DNA of 50,118 nt from an uncultured Pirellulales bacterium (GTDB taxonomy: Bacteria; Planctomycetota; Planctomycetia; Pirellulales; UBA1268): assembly GCA_965662325.1 (NCBI GenBank), contig CBFIHW010000002.1, forward strand, positions 1-50,118, in the 5' to 3' direction. The notes under the pieces are model-generated. The model searched no databases. It was not told the DNA's origin and worked only from the letters and a program-made list of their open reading frames with translations. This document shows, piece by piece, positions 18,083-26,557 of this stretch. Within the stretch, counting starts at the first letter, position 1. The number at the start of each line of letters is the position of its first letter. A program made the position numbers and the translations under genes.

Positions 18083-18111
18083 TCCTCAATGAACTTCAAC
18101 CTCATTGAGGA
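18083..18111. repeat. perfect 10-bp inverted repeat / stem-loop (tcctcaatga - 9 nt - tcattgagga)
   Basis: Read directly from the sequence. Lies between the sulfatase stop (18029) and the patatin ATG (18135). No T-tract follows it. Confidence 0.5.
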
Positions 18112-18134
18112 CATTCTCACAACAGGTCATACGA

Positions 18135-19979
18135 ATGCCTCCCCTTCCAAATATTTTGACACTTCTCAAGCTTCACCGTTCAACAAACGGATTAACAGAA
18201 GAAGAATTTGGGATTATTGCTTCACGTGCGTCAGTTGTCACTTTTGATGCTGACTCTCGCCTTCACTCTACGGAGGATCCATTCGACGATCTGCTGCTTA
18301 TTATTAGTGGAGCAGCTCGCATCTGGATTCCAGGGGCAGACGGGCTACCTCATACCGTGCAGATGATCGGTCGCAGTAATCAATTTGGATTGCTTGCACT
18401 CTTCCGTGATGACCCATTACCAGTCAATGCCGACATCACTCAGAATGTAATTGGGCTAATTATCAAACGCCAGGATGCTCTTGATTTACTCCACCAGGTC
18501 CCACGGTGGCACCGAAATCTTTTAGGTGCGCTTGGCATGAGGATCCATCAAGCATTTACACCAAAACGAATTGGTCATCGTCCTCGTGTCATTGCCATCC
18601 TTCATGCAAATGAAGAATATCGCAGCCTCTCAAGCACGCTCATTCGACGCCTTCAATCACTCGGTGAAGATGTAACTGTCATCTCCGACAACGAAACGAC
18701 ACTAACTGCTGCAGATCGCACGATTAATCTTCGTGACAAACATAAACAGCTACGTAATCCAAATGAAATCCGCTCAGAAGCATCTGCATGGATCAGTGTT
18801 GAGCGATGCGTCCTCGACACTAATCTCAACACAAACACTGAATATCTAGCTGAGGTTCTTCAGGACGCTGATGCTATCTATTGTTGTTTTGATTCAGATA
18901 TTTCCAAAGAAACAGAGGGCCTCCTTTTCGAACTTAGTGAATGCTACCCTACTGTCCGAAATAAAATATCGCTTGTTCGGATTCTTCGAAATACACAGCA
19001 GGTGGCTGACCCATTAACTAATCTTCATTCAATCTGCAGAGGTGACTTCAAAGTTCATTGGGATGGATTTGGACAGTCGCGACACACGACACGAAAAAGT
19101 GGCATTGAAAGAATCGTTCGCCATCTTCGCGGTTCTAGCATTGGCTTTGCACTTGGTGGTGGTGCAGCACGAGGCATGGCACACCTCGGTGTTCTTAGTG
19201 TTCTCGATGAAGAGGGCATTCCAGTCGATTTTCTTTCTGGGACGAGTGCCGGTGCGCTTACCGGCATCCCCTATGCTGCTGGATACGATAGCGCATGGTT
19301 GATTGAAACATTTGCCCAAGATTTGAAACCAAGTAAAAAGTATGGTTTTGTTCCTTACGGTGACGCCTGGTATATGATCGGAAAATTTCGCGGCGGTGGC
19401 TGGGACGAGATGCTTCGTTCACATCTTTCCAACTGGACTCTTGAGCAGCTGATCATTCCGTTCACTTCAGTGACAGCTGACCTTGTGACTGCAGAACAAG
19501 TGCATCGCTCTCATGGAGATGCCGCCAACGCAATTCTCGAAAGCATTAATCTTCCCGGTGTTTCACAACCTATCTGTCGGGATGGCATGGCACTTGTCGA
19601 TGGGGGAATACTCAATAATGTTCCAGCTGATGTACTGGTAAATCAGGGAGCTACTTTCATTGTTGCTGTTGATGTCGCTGCAAAGATCGGACATTCCTTT
19701 GTAGGAAATACGCCTGCAACACCTACTGCAGAAATGAACATACCAAATATGTTTCAGACTTTAGGAAGAGTACGAGCTGCTCAAGATAGAAATATTCGAA
19801 AGATGGGTGCTGAAGACGCCGACCTTACCATCGAACCAGATGTCTCGGCCTTTCAGCTGACTGATTTCCAGAATGCATCAGCGATTGCGCACCAAGGCGT
19901 TATTGCAACCCGCAAAGTTCTACCTCAGCTAAGGACCCTTCTCAAGCAGCTTGATCCCGAGCTTTTTCCATATGCTTAG
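18135..19979 (+). CDS. patatin-like phospholipase with an N-terminal CAP/cNMP-binding-like domain
   Basis: The ORF track starts at TTG 18105, inside the hairpin; the first ATG is 18135. Patatin motifs: GGGAARGMAHLGV (oxyanion), GTSAG (nucleophile Ser), VDGGIL (catalytic Asp). The N-terminal ~140 aa resemble a cNMP-binding beta-barrel. About 190 aa in between are unassigned. Confidence 0.85.
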   Translation: MPPLPNILTLLKLHRSTNGLTEEEFGIIASRASVVTFDADSRLHSTEDPFDDLLLIISGAARIWIPGADGLPHTVQMIGRSNQFGLLALFRDDPLPVNADITQNVIGLIIKRQDALDLLHQVPRWHRNLLGALGMRIHQAFTPKRIGHRPRVIAILHANEEYRSLSSTLIRRLQSLGEDVTVISDNETTLTAADRTINLRDKHKQLRNPNEIRSEASAWISVERCVLDTNLNTNTEYLAEVLQDADAIYCCFDSDISKETEGLLFELSECYPTVRNKISLVRILRNTQQVADPLTNLHSICRGDFKVHWDGFGQSRHTTRKSGIERIVRHLRGSSIGFALGGGAARGMAHLGVLSVLDEEGIPVDFLSGTSAGALTGIPYAAGYDSAWLIETFAQDLKPSKKYGFVPYGDAWYMIGKFRGGGWDEMLRSHLSNWTLEQLIIPFTSVTADLVTAEQVHRSHGDAANAILESINLPGVSQPICRDGMALVDGGILNNVPADVLVNQGATFIVAVDVAAKIGHSFVGNTPATPTAEMNIPNMFQTLGRVRAAQDRNIRKMGAEDADLTIEPDVSAFQLTDFQNASAIAHQGVIATRKVLPQLRTLLKQLDPELFPYA

Positions 19980-20012
19980 GTCTTGGGCAAGCAAGCAAGG
20001 CATGAAAACCTG

Positions 20013-21458
20013 CTATTCCTTTTGACGTTTCTCTCGTTCTGATTTTTTTCTAAATTCGGGTTCTTCTGACTTTGGCAGCCACTTACGTAATTGCTTTTTG
20101 ATTACCTTGTACCGTGGATCATCAGCAAGATTATGAAATTCATCGGGGTCACTTCGATGATCGTACAGTTCTTGTGCACCATCCTCATATACAATAAGTC
20201 GCCAAAATTGACTACGAACAGCATGATTCCCAAAATATGAAGATGTGATCGCCGGCCTATCTCTTACCGTTCTGGAATCCTCAAGTTGGGGAACCAGAGA
20301 AACTCCTTCGAGCTTTTGGTTTTCTGGAAGACTACATAAGTCAATGAGCGTTGGATAAATGTCGATCAGACTAACTGACTGTTCGCACGGTATATCAGGT
20401 GAGATGCCCGGGCCGGAAATAAGAAGTGGCACCCGTGTCGACTCTTCCCATAAGGTACGTTTTGCCCAATGGTTTTTTTCACCAAGGTGAAAACCATGAT
20501 CACTCCACAGAACAACATACGTATTCTTAGCGTGTGGACTTGCTCTAAGTGCGTTAACTACATAACCAACACACGAATCAACGAAACTAATAGAAGCGAG
20601 ATACGCTTGAGTTAACTCCCGCTGCTTGCCGTACTTCAGCACCTCAGCATGTGTTGGGGCAACTGCATAACTATTAATATTCAAGAAGTTTTTTGGTACA
20701 TCATCAAGATCCCAACTTGGAATATCCGGCAGGGCAATCGCCTCGATATCATATTGCTCAAACCAATATGGCGGAACAAAAAGAGGTACATGTGGCCGAA
20801 AGAAACCAACCGAAAGAAAGAACGGGGCGTTGATATCACTCTGCAGAAAGTTTGCTGCTTTCTGTGCCAATTGATAATCAGCCATCTGCGCGTCTTCATC
20901 GGGGTACTGCCCCCAATCCCATGCTCCACTCCAACGAACAGGCCTATTCATTATATTCTTGGGACGTCGGCCCTTTTCTCGTCCAAGTGATTGATCGATT
21001 GCCTCAGAAAGCCTCCCGGTGAATCCGTGATGAAGCACTTTCCCACCGGCTAACGTATAGTACCCGTGATCTTTGAAATACCGCTGCATTGTTGGAACGT
21101 GATTCAGCGCGGGCAATTCGTCATACCTTGGGCCAATCTCATAACTACCATGCGTCGTTGGAGCTAGACCCGACATAACACTGACACGTGATGAAGAACA
21201 AACCGGTACCGCACAATGCGCGTTACTGAAGTTTCTTCCCTGTTCAGCGAGTTCATCCATATTTGGAGTCGACACGTCTGGATGACCACCCAAGAACCCC
21301 GTCCAGTCATTCAGGTCATCGATACTGATCATCACAATATTTGGCTGATCATCACCATAACTCGTTCTATCACTCCAAAGTATTACAGCAAAAGTACAGG
21401 CAACCAATAAAGTGCCTGAATGCAAGGCTCTTTTCGTTGTGCGAAAAATAATATTCAT
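20013..21458 (-). CDS. exported sulfatase with an atypical active-site motif (CSSSR)
   Basis: The ORF track opens at 21557, overlapping the upstream gene. ATG 21458 gives the signal peptide MNIIFRTTKRALHSGTLLVACTFAVILW. Contains NIVMISIDDLNDW and WSDHGFHLGEK. The motif HCAVPVCSSSRVSVMSG is encoded at 21186-21200. Confidence 0.88.
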   Translation of the reverse strand: MNIIFRTTKRALHSGTLLVACTFAVILWSDRTSYGDDQPNIVMISIDDLNDWTGFLGGHPDVSTPNMDELAEQGRNFSNAHCAVPVCSSSRVSVMSGLAPTTHGSYEIGPRYDELPALNHVPTMQRYFKDHGYYTLAGGKVLHHGFTGRLSEAIDQSLGREKGRRPKNIMNRPVRWSGAWDWGQYPDEDAQMADYQLAQKAANFLQSDINAPFFLSVGFFRPHVPLFVPPYWFEQYDIEAIALPDIPSWDLDDVPKNFLNINSYAVAPTHAEVLKYGKQRELTQAYLASISFVDSCVGYVVNALRASPHAKNTYVVLWSDHGFHLGEKNHWAKRTLWEESTRVPLLISGPGISPDIPCEQSVSLIDIYPTLIDLCSLPENQKLEGVSLVPQLEDSRTVRDRPAITSSYFGNHAVRSQFWRLIVYEDGAQELYDHRSDPDEFHNLADDPRYKVIKKQLRKWLPKSEEPEFRKKSEREKRQKE

Positions 21459-21535
21459 TACTTGCACTTTCCATAAAACTGCCCAAGCTACGCTGGGCGA
21501 ACTTGTACCACTCATGCCATACTCTGCTAAACCAC

Positions 21536-23002
21536 TTACAACCCAACCTGCAAACAAAGATTCAGTGACTTTGCAATTGCTGATTGTTCTGCAAACGCAT
21601 CACCACTTTCAATCGAATAGGTCTTTAAGGCTTTGGCCAGCGATCGTGTCACTTCTTCACTTCCAGGGCGTCCAAAAAAATTATGTAATTCATCCGGATC
21701 TTGTTGGCAATCAAAGAGCCAGGGTCGATCATTTACAGAAAGCACCAACTTATAGCGTGAATCGACTACACAGATCCAACTAGCCTTTGTTCCTGCATTC
21801 CGGAGAAAGGTGTAGTTTGTAGTCTTATTCGTAGCTTCGTGACGTAGTGCCCGTGACAGATCTCTTCCCTGAAAATTACCTGCAGAGTAATTATTTCCAG
21901 CCAAGCAAAGAAGCGTTGGTGTGATATCGACGGTACCAACCGGTTGTTCATAGACAAAACCAGCAGGAAGGATTTTTGGAAGCCTGACGAGCAGAGGCAC
22001 TCTGGCGGAACCTTCATACGGATTCCCTTTATTAAGCCGATCATGCTCATAACAAAGGTCACCATGGTCAGATGTCATCATGATAATTGTTGAATCAATC
22101 TTACCAGTTGCTTCTAAAGCTTGAAATAAACGGCCGATATTATCATCAAGGCATTTCACCATGCCAAAATATTTCCTCATCTGGTCGGAACGAAACGTTG
22201 TATGTCCTTTTTCGTTACCTAGCCACTTTGGCCCAGGAACGTCCTCAAGGCCATACGTCCGGGGCGGAAGAAATCGTAGGTGATCAAACATTGTGTCATA
22301 TGGAGCACGTACGGTATTAGGGCCATGGGGATCGGGATAACTTACCACGGCAAGAAACGGCTTATTTTCTTTTGCAGTAATAAAATCAATACAGCGATCT
22401 GTAAGAAAGTCCGTCGAAAATGTTTTCTCATCAGCATTATCAAGATTATAGGAGGGCTCACCTTGTTTATCTCGGGAAGCTACCTCAGCACCTGTATTGG
22501 TCAATTCAAACTTTTTCCAATGACCACGGTTGAACATAAATTGTTTGTCAACAAAACCGCCATCAATTTCTGGAGACCATTCGGGCTTCCCTGCACCTCC
22601 AAGATGCCATTTTCCGATAAACCCTGTTTCGTATCCGGATTTTTTGAGTATTGACGCAAGCGTTGGAACATCTGTTCGAAGCTTATAATTATTTGTCGGT
22701 ACACCTGTATTTTGTGGATAGAGCCCCGTAATCATTGCTGCCCGACATGGAGAACAGACTGGCGCTGTGGCGTACGCTCGAGTACAAATAACTCCCTCAC
22801 TTGCAAGCCGATCAATATTCGGTGTTGTAACAACAACTCCTGGCCCCCACATCTCTGCTTGCTCTTTTGATAAGTGATCTCGGTAACAACCAAGCGTTCG
22901 AAAATTATGCTCATCAGTAACAATCAGCAAAATATTGGGTGTCTCTGCAGCTCGCACCATTTGGCTGCCCACAAACACAAGAAAAATAAACAGAACTCTC
23001 AT
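21536..23002 (-). CDS. exported sulfatase (type I)
   Basis: The ORF opens at GTG 23008; ATG 23002 gives MRVLFIFLVFVGSQMVRAAE. Contains NILLIVTDEHNF, the canonical CSPCR motif (APVCSPCRAAMITG) and TSDHGD. Confidence 0.9.
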   Translation of the reverse strand: MRVLFIFLVFVGSQMVRAAETPNILLIVTDEHNFRTLGCYRDHLSKEQAEMWGPGVVVTTPNIDRLASEGVICTRAYATAPVCSPCRAAMITGLYPQNTGVPTNNYKLRTDVPTLASILKKSGYETGFIGKWHLGGAGKPEWSPEIDGGFVDKQFMFNRGHWKKFELTNTGAEVASRDKQGEPSYNLDNADEKTFSTDFLTDRCIDFITAKENKPFLAVVSYPDPHGPNTVRAPYDTMFDHLRFLPPRTYGLEDVPGPKWLGNEKGHTTFRSDQMRKYFGMVKCLDDNIGRLFQALEATGKIDSTIIMMTSDHGDLCYEHDRLNKGNPYEGSARVPLLVRLPKILPAGFVYEQPVGTVDITPTLLCLAGNNYSAGNFQGRDLSRALRHEATNKTTNYTFLRNAGTKASWICVVDSRYKLVLSVNDRPWLFDCQQDPDELHNFFGRPGSEEVTRSLAKALKTYSIESGDAFAEQSAIAKSLNLCLQVGL

Positions 23003-23045
23003 AGCCACCCCTTTGTTACCTGAACACTTTTTAGGCTCACTGTCT

Positions 23046-23072
23046 GTGTCTTTTTGACTTGATAAAAGACAC
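23046..23072. repeat. perfect 9-bp inverted repeat / stem-loop (gtgtctttt - 9 nt - aaaagacac) between two tandem sulfatase genes
   Basis: Read directly from the sequence. Sits in the 96-nt spacer between the stop of the 23099-24571 gene and the ATG start (23002) of the next gene. Confidence 0.5.
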
Positions 23073-23098
23073 TCATTCTTCTCTTCCTAAGACTGCCA

Positions 23099-24571
23099 TC
23101 ATAATCTTTTAGATTGAAATGGGGTTGATGGGATTTTTCCCGATGCGCGCTTATACAATTCCGTACGGAGGCGTTCTATTACGTCATATTTTTTTGAATC
23201 TTGATCAGCCACTAAATTATGGAATTCCATTGGATCGGCATGATGATCGTAGAGTTCTACACCTGCTTTCCCCTCAGCCCACTCTGTGTATCGCCAACGA
23301 TGATCACGGATACTGCACCCCATAACAGGTTGCGGCAGACGTGCATCAGCAGGACGTAAAACTTGTGTCACTGCATAGCCACCCCATGGCATCAAAGGAT
23401 CAGCTAAAAGTGGACTCAAGTCCCGGCCGGGCAACCCACTTGGTGACTGTATGTTTGCAAGAGCAGCAAGCGACGGATACACATCAATAAACTCAACCAC
23501 TCGCCGACAAATCTGCCCATTCCCAGCTTTACCTGGGGCACGAATAATCAACGGCGCACGTGCGGCCTGCTCAAAAAGCGTACGCTTCTGCCAGACCCCA
23601 AGGTGATCTCCAAGATGATATCCGTGGTCACTCCATAAAACAATAATTGTATTTTCAGTTAGTTTGAACTGATCGAGTGCGTTAAGTAGACGACCAATCT
23701 GCGCATCGACAAATGAAACGCAAGCGTAATAAGCTTGTGTCGCCTGTATCAAAACATCTTCCTCAAGCCCGTAGTGTGGCCCAGAACAATTATGAGCAAA
23801 TGCTGCAACTGGTATATCGTCACGATCGTCCTGTGGAGCATATGGCAGCCTCAGCTTTTTGTCTGAATAAAGATCAAAATATTTCTTTGGAGCTATGTAC
23901 GGTGTATGTGGACGAAAAAATCCAACCGCCAAAAAAAATGGGCTGGACTTATTTGAAGCCATCAGCCGTATAGCTTCTGTAGCAACCATGCCGTCTGTTT
24001 GCTCTTCATCGCTCCCTTCTGCCATAAGCCAACTGAGTGCTGCAGAAATTTTCTTGTTCGGCTCAGCATTAAAAACCAGGTCCTCTTCAGCGGTGTCTCG
24101 TCCCTTAGGATTGATCACACGCATCCACGACGGTGTATCATCGAGGCCGTTAGTGCCTATAGAAGCTGGAACATTGTAGTGAAAAATCTTGCCAACTCGA
24201 GCAACGTAATATCCCGCTTGTTGAAATGCCTGAGGCAGTGTCACGACATCCGGAATTTCTTCTCGGAAGTGTCGATCGAGATCATAGACTTTTATTTGAT
24301 CTGGCCGAAGACCAGTCAGCAGAGAAGCCCGGGTAGGATTACAAAGCGGCAACTGATTATACGCTCGATGAAAACATACACCCCGTGCCGCAAGCCGATC
24401 AATGTTTGGGGTTTCTGCAATTTCATCACCGTAACATCCGAGCGTACAGGCAAGGTCATCGACAGCAATAAACAGAACATTTGGCCTTGAACCCTGCGTC
24501 GTTTCCGCTGAAACGATTGCATCCCATGTCAAAAAAAGAAGTACGGAGAGTATCCATATCAATTTCAACAA
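23099..24571 (-). CDS. exported sulfatase (type I, iduronate-2-sulfatase-like)
   Basis: 490 aa. Only TTG start codons are available before the signal peptide ([21 protein letters not shown]); an in-frame stop lies 8 codons upstream. Contains [11 protein letters not shown], the canonical CNPTR motif ([14 protein letters not shown]) and [11 protein letters not shown]. Confidence 0.88.
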   Translation of the reverse strand: MLKLIWILSVLLFLTWDAIVSAETTQGSRPNVLFIAVDDLACTLGCYGDEIAETPNIDRLAARGVCFHRAYNQLPLCNPTRASLLTGLRPDQIKVYDLDRHFREEIPDVVTLPQAFQQAGYYVARVGKIFHYNVPASIGTNGLDDTPSWMRVINPKGRDTAEEDLVFNAEPNKKISAALSWLMAEGSDEEQTDGMVATEAIRLMASNKSSPFFLAVGFFRPHTPYIAPKKYFDLYSDKKLRLPYAPQDDRDDIPVAAFAHNCSGPHYGLEEDVLIQATQAYYACVSFVDAQIGRLLNALDQFKLTENTIIVLWSDHGYHLGDHLGVWQKRTLFEQAARAPLIIRAPGKAGNGQICRRVVEFIDVYPSLAALANIQSPSGLPGRDLSPLLADPLMPWGGYAVTQVLRPADARLPQPVMGCSIRDHRWRYTEWAEGKAGVELYDHHADPMEFHNLVADQDSKKYDVIERLRTELYKRASGKIPSTPFQSKRL

Positions 24572-24793
24572 AATGCCCTCCCATGCTGGAATTCATTTTC
24601 CCTGACAGGCGCACAGTCTATCAACTTCATGCAGACGAATGAAACCCGCAAAACGTTTTCAAGAGGTGCCAACTAGAACGCATCGATAATACATATCTGC
24701 CGCCATGAACACATGATGAACTACGAACCCCTTTTCATAACCACTCGTATATTGCTTTACTGAATTAAACGAGGAGTACTGGTCCATGAAATT

Positions 24794-26164
24794 TTATTCG
24801 AGATTTGCTAAAGCACCTTCAACAACAGCAAGTCCTTCTTCCAATTCCTCATCATTTATGGTTAACGGCACAAGAAAACGTAGCACGTTTCCGTGTGTAC
24901 CACATGCCATGAGAATAAGGCCATGTTCATAAGCGTATTGAACCACTGCTTGAGCAGCCGCTTTATTGGGCTGTTTTGTTACTCGATCAGAAACAAGCTC
25001 AATGGCACGCATCGGCCCCAGGCCTCGTGTTTGACCAATACATTGAAAACGTTTGAAAAACGCTTCGAGCCTGTGACGCAACAACTCCCCTATATGGCAA
25101 GCATGTGCAAGAACTGTTGCATCTTCAAACCTGTCCAGCACCGCATGTGACGCGGCACACGCCAGTGGATTTCCGCAGTACGTCCCTCCAACACCACCGA
25201 GCCCGACAGCATCGATGACATCCGCCCGGCCTGTCACAGCCGAGAGCGGAAGACCATTTGCTAATCCCTTCGCCATCACAACAAGGTCAGGAGTTACATC
25301 TAACTGATGACACGCGAGTAGACTACCAGTCCGTCCAAAACCAGTCTGAACTTCATCAAAAATCAGTACGACACCGTGTTCATCACACCACTGACGAAGC
25401 ATTGCAAGAAATGGTGCGGGGGCGGGTACAAATCCACCCTCTCCAGCAACAGGCTCAATAATGACTGCAGCAACATTTTGTTCACCGATTTGGCCCCGTG
25501 CAATTTCGGCAAACGAATTGAATATCTCTCGGCAGAAACATCGCTCAAGTGGACATTCAGACACCTGTGGACAACTTCCTGGATCTCCTTGCACTCCAGG
25601 CCATCGATAAAAATCGGGATATGGAGCGCGATACACTTCGGACGGAAATGGTGCAAATCCACTTTTATAAGGATGGGCCTTCGCTGTAAGTGCCATCGCC
25701 ATATACGTGCGCCCATGATACCCGTGTTCAAAAGCAATGACCGCCTGCCGGCCGGTTTTTACCCGCGCAAACTTAATTGCATTCTCAACTGCTTCGGCAC
25801 CGGAGTTTGCCAGAAATGTCTTACATGGAGCAGCTTTTGGCAAGAGCGCATTCAGCCGCTCAGCGAGTCGGATGTAGCCTTCGTAAGCAACTACGTTGAT
25901 GCTCGTGTGAACAAACTTGTTAGCCTGCTCAGCAACAGCTCGCATCACTGCCTCATCACGATGGCCAAGATTCGTAACACCAATACCACTCGAAAAATCT
26001 AAGAATGAGTTCCCATCAACATCTGTAACTACAGACCCTTTAGCATGGGCCGCGATAACAGGAGTTGTGTGGAACGGTCCTGGTGAGACGTGCTCGTGCC
26101 TCAACTTGTTAAGTTCTCGTGAACGAGGACCTGGTATCTCCGTTTTCAGTTGAATAGATGGCAT
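24794..26164 (-). CDS. gabT: class-III PLP aminotransferase, 4-aminobutyrate aminotransferase-like
   Basis: 456 aa with an ATG start. Contains ANSGAEAVENAIKFAR, IFDEVQTGFGRTG and the PLP-lysine context LVVMAKGLANGLPL. The exact substrate cannot be read from the sequence. Confidence 0.8.
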   Translation of the reverse strand: MPSIQLKTEIPGPRSRELNKLRHEHVSPGPFHTTPVIAAHAKGSVVTDVDGNSFLDFSSGIGVTNLGHRDEAVMRAVAEQANKFVHTSINVVAYEGYIRLAERLNALLPKAAPCKTFLANSGAEAVENAIKFARVKTGRQAVIAFEHGYHGRTYMAMALTAKAHPYKSGFAPFPSEVYRAPYPDFYRWPGVQGDPGSCPQVSECPLERCFCREIFNSFAEIARGQIGEQNVAAVIIEPVAGEGGFVPAPAPFLAMLRQWCDEHGVVLIFDEVQTGFGRTGSLLACHQLDVTPDLVVMAKGLANGLPLSAVTGRADVIDAVGLGGVGGTYCGNPLACAASHAVLDRFEDATVLAHACHIGELLRHRLEAFFKRFQCIGQTRGLGPMRAIELVSDRVTKQPNKAAAQAVVQYAYEHGLILMACGTHGNVLRFLVPLTINDEELEEGLAVVEGALANLE

Positions 26165-26287
26165 ATCTCAAAACTTTCTACAACGACATCAAACCATAGG
26201 TCCGAAACCTTATATACGAAGGGTCTCGATACTTTGTTCCATTTCTACAATGAAAATCCGTGCAAATCAGGACCTTCACGCAAACCA

Positions 26288-26557
26288 ATGGTACATCCCT
26301 GTATGAACCCCATGAATGTTGGATTCTTTCTTTCTCTTATTTCGGCATTTTACTCGTTCATTTTTGTAATAACGCTGTTCATATTCGTTGGCCAGAAGCA
26401 TACCAATCCCATAAAATTGGTAGTCCTATCGCCCAGCGCACGTAGACTCAAGCACGCCATAGTGATTCCCCACGTTGCGTACATTGAAGATGACAAACGC
26501 TATTTTTGCATCTCAAGCCAGGAACGCCGACAACCTCTTTGCATACACCCACAATGA
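26288..26557 (+). CDS. possible 89-aa small membrane protein ORF
   Basis: Part of track ORF 26150-26557. ATG 26288 precedes one hydrophobic helix (VGFFLSLISAFYSFIFVITLFIFVG). Its TGA overlaps the ATG 26554 of the giant gene (ATGA). The region is AT-rich, so the helix and the frame may be accidental. Confidence 0.15.
   Translation: MVHPCMNPMNVGFFLSLISAFYSFIFVITLFIFVGQKHTNPIKLVVLSPSARRLKHAIVIPHVAYIEDDKRYFCISSQERRQPLCIHPQ

Noticed and set aside
18135-19979. The patatin protein as a CBASS-type or other anti-phage effector.
   Set aside because: There is no CD-NTase, cyclase, TIR, SAVED/CARF or other defence-associated partner next to it. The neighbours are sulfatases on both sides, and the cNMP-like domain lacks the ligand-contact residues. 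It remains listed as a finding only for its unusual architecture.
25376-26002. Long antisense or alternative-frame ORFs inside well-supported genes. Examples: 25376-26002 (+, 208 aa, antisense to gabT), 32667-33206 (+, 179 aa, antisense to lpxB), 3314-3775 (-, 153 aa, in nuoF), 40508-40942 (-, 144 aa, in clpC), 4848-5456 (+, 202 aa, other frame of nuoG) and 14426-14818 (-).
   Set aside because: Each lies wholly within a gene that has strong family motifs. Their translations are low-complexity or Arg/Ser/Pro-rich without recognisable motifs, as expected for shadow frames in moderately GC-rich coding DNA.
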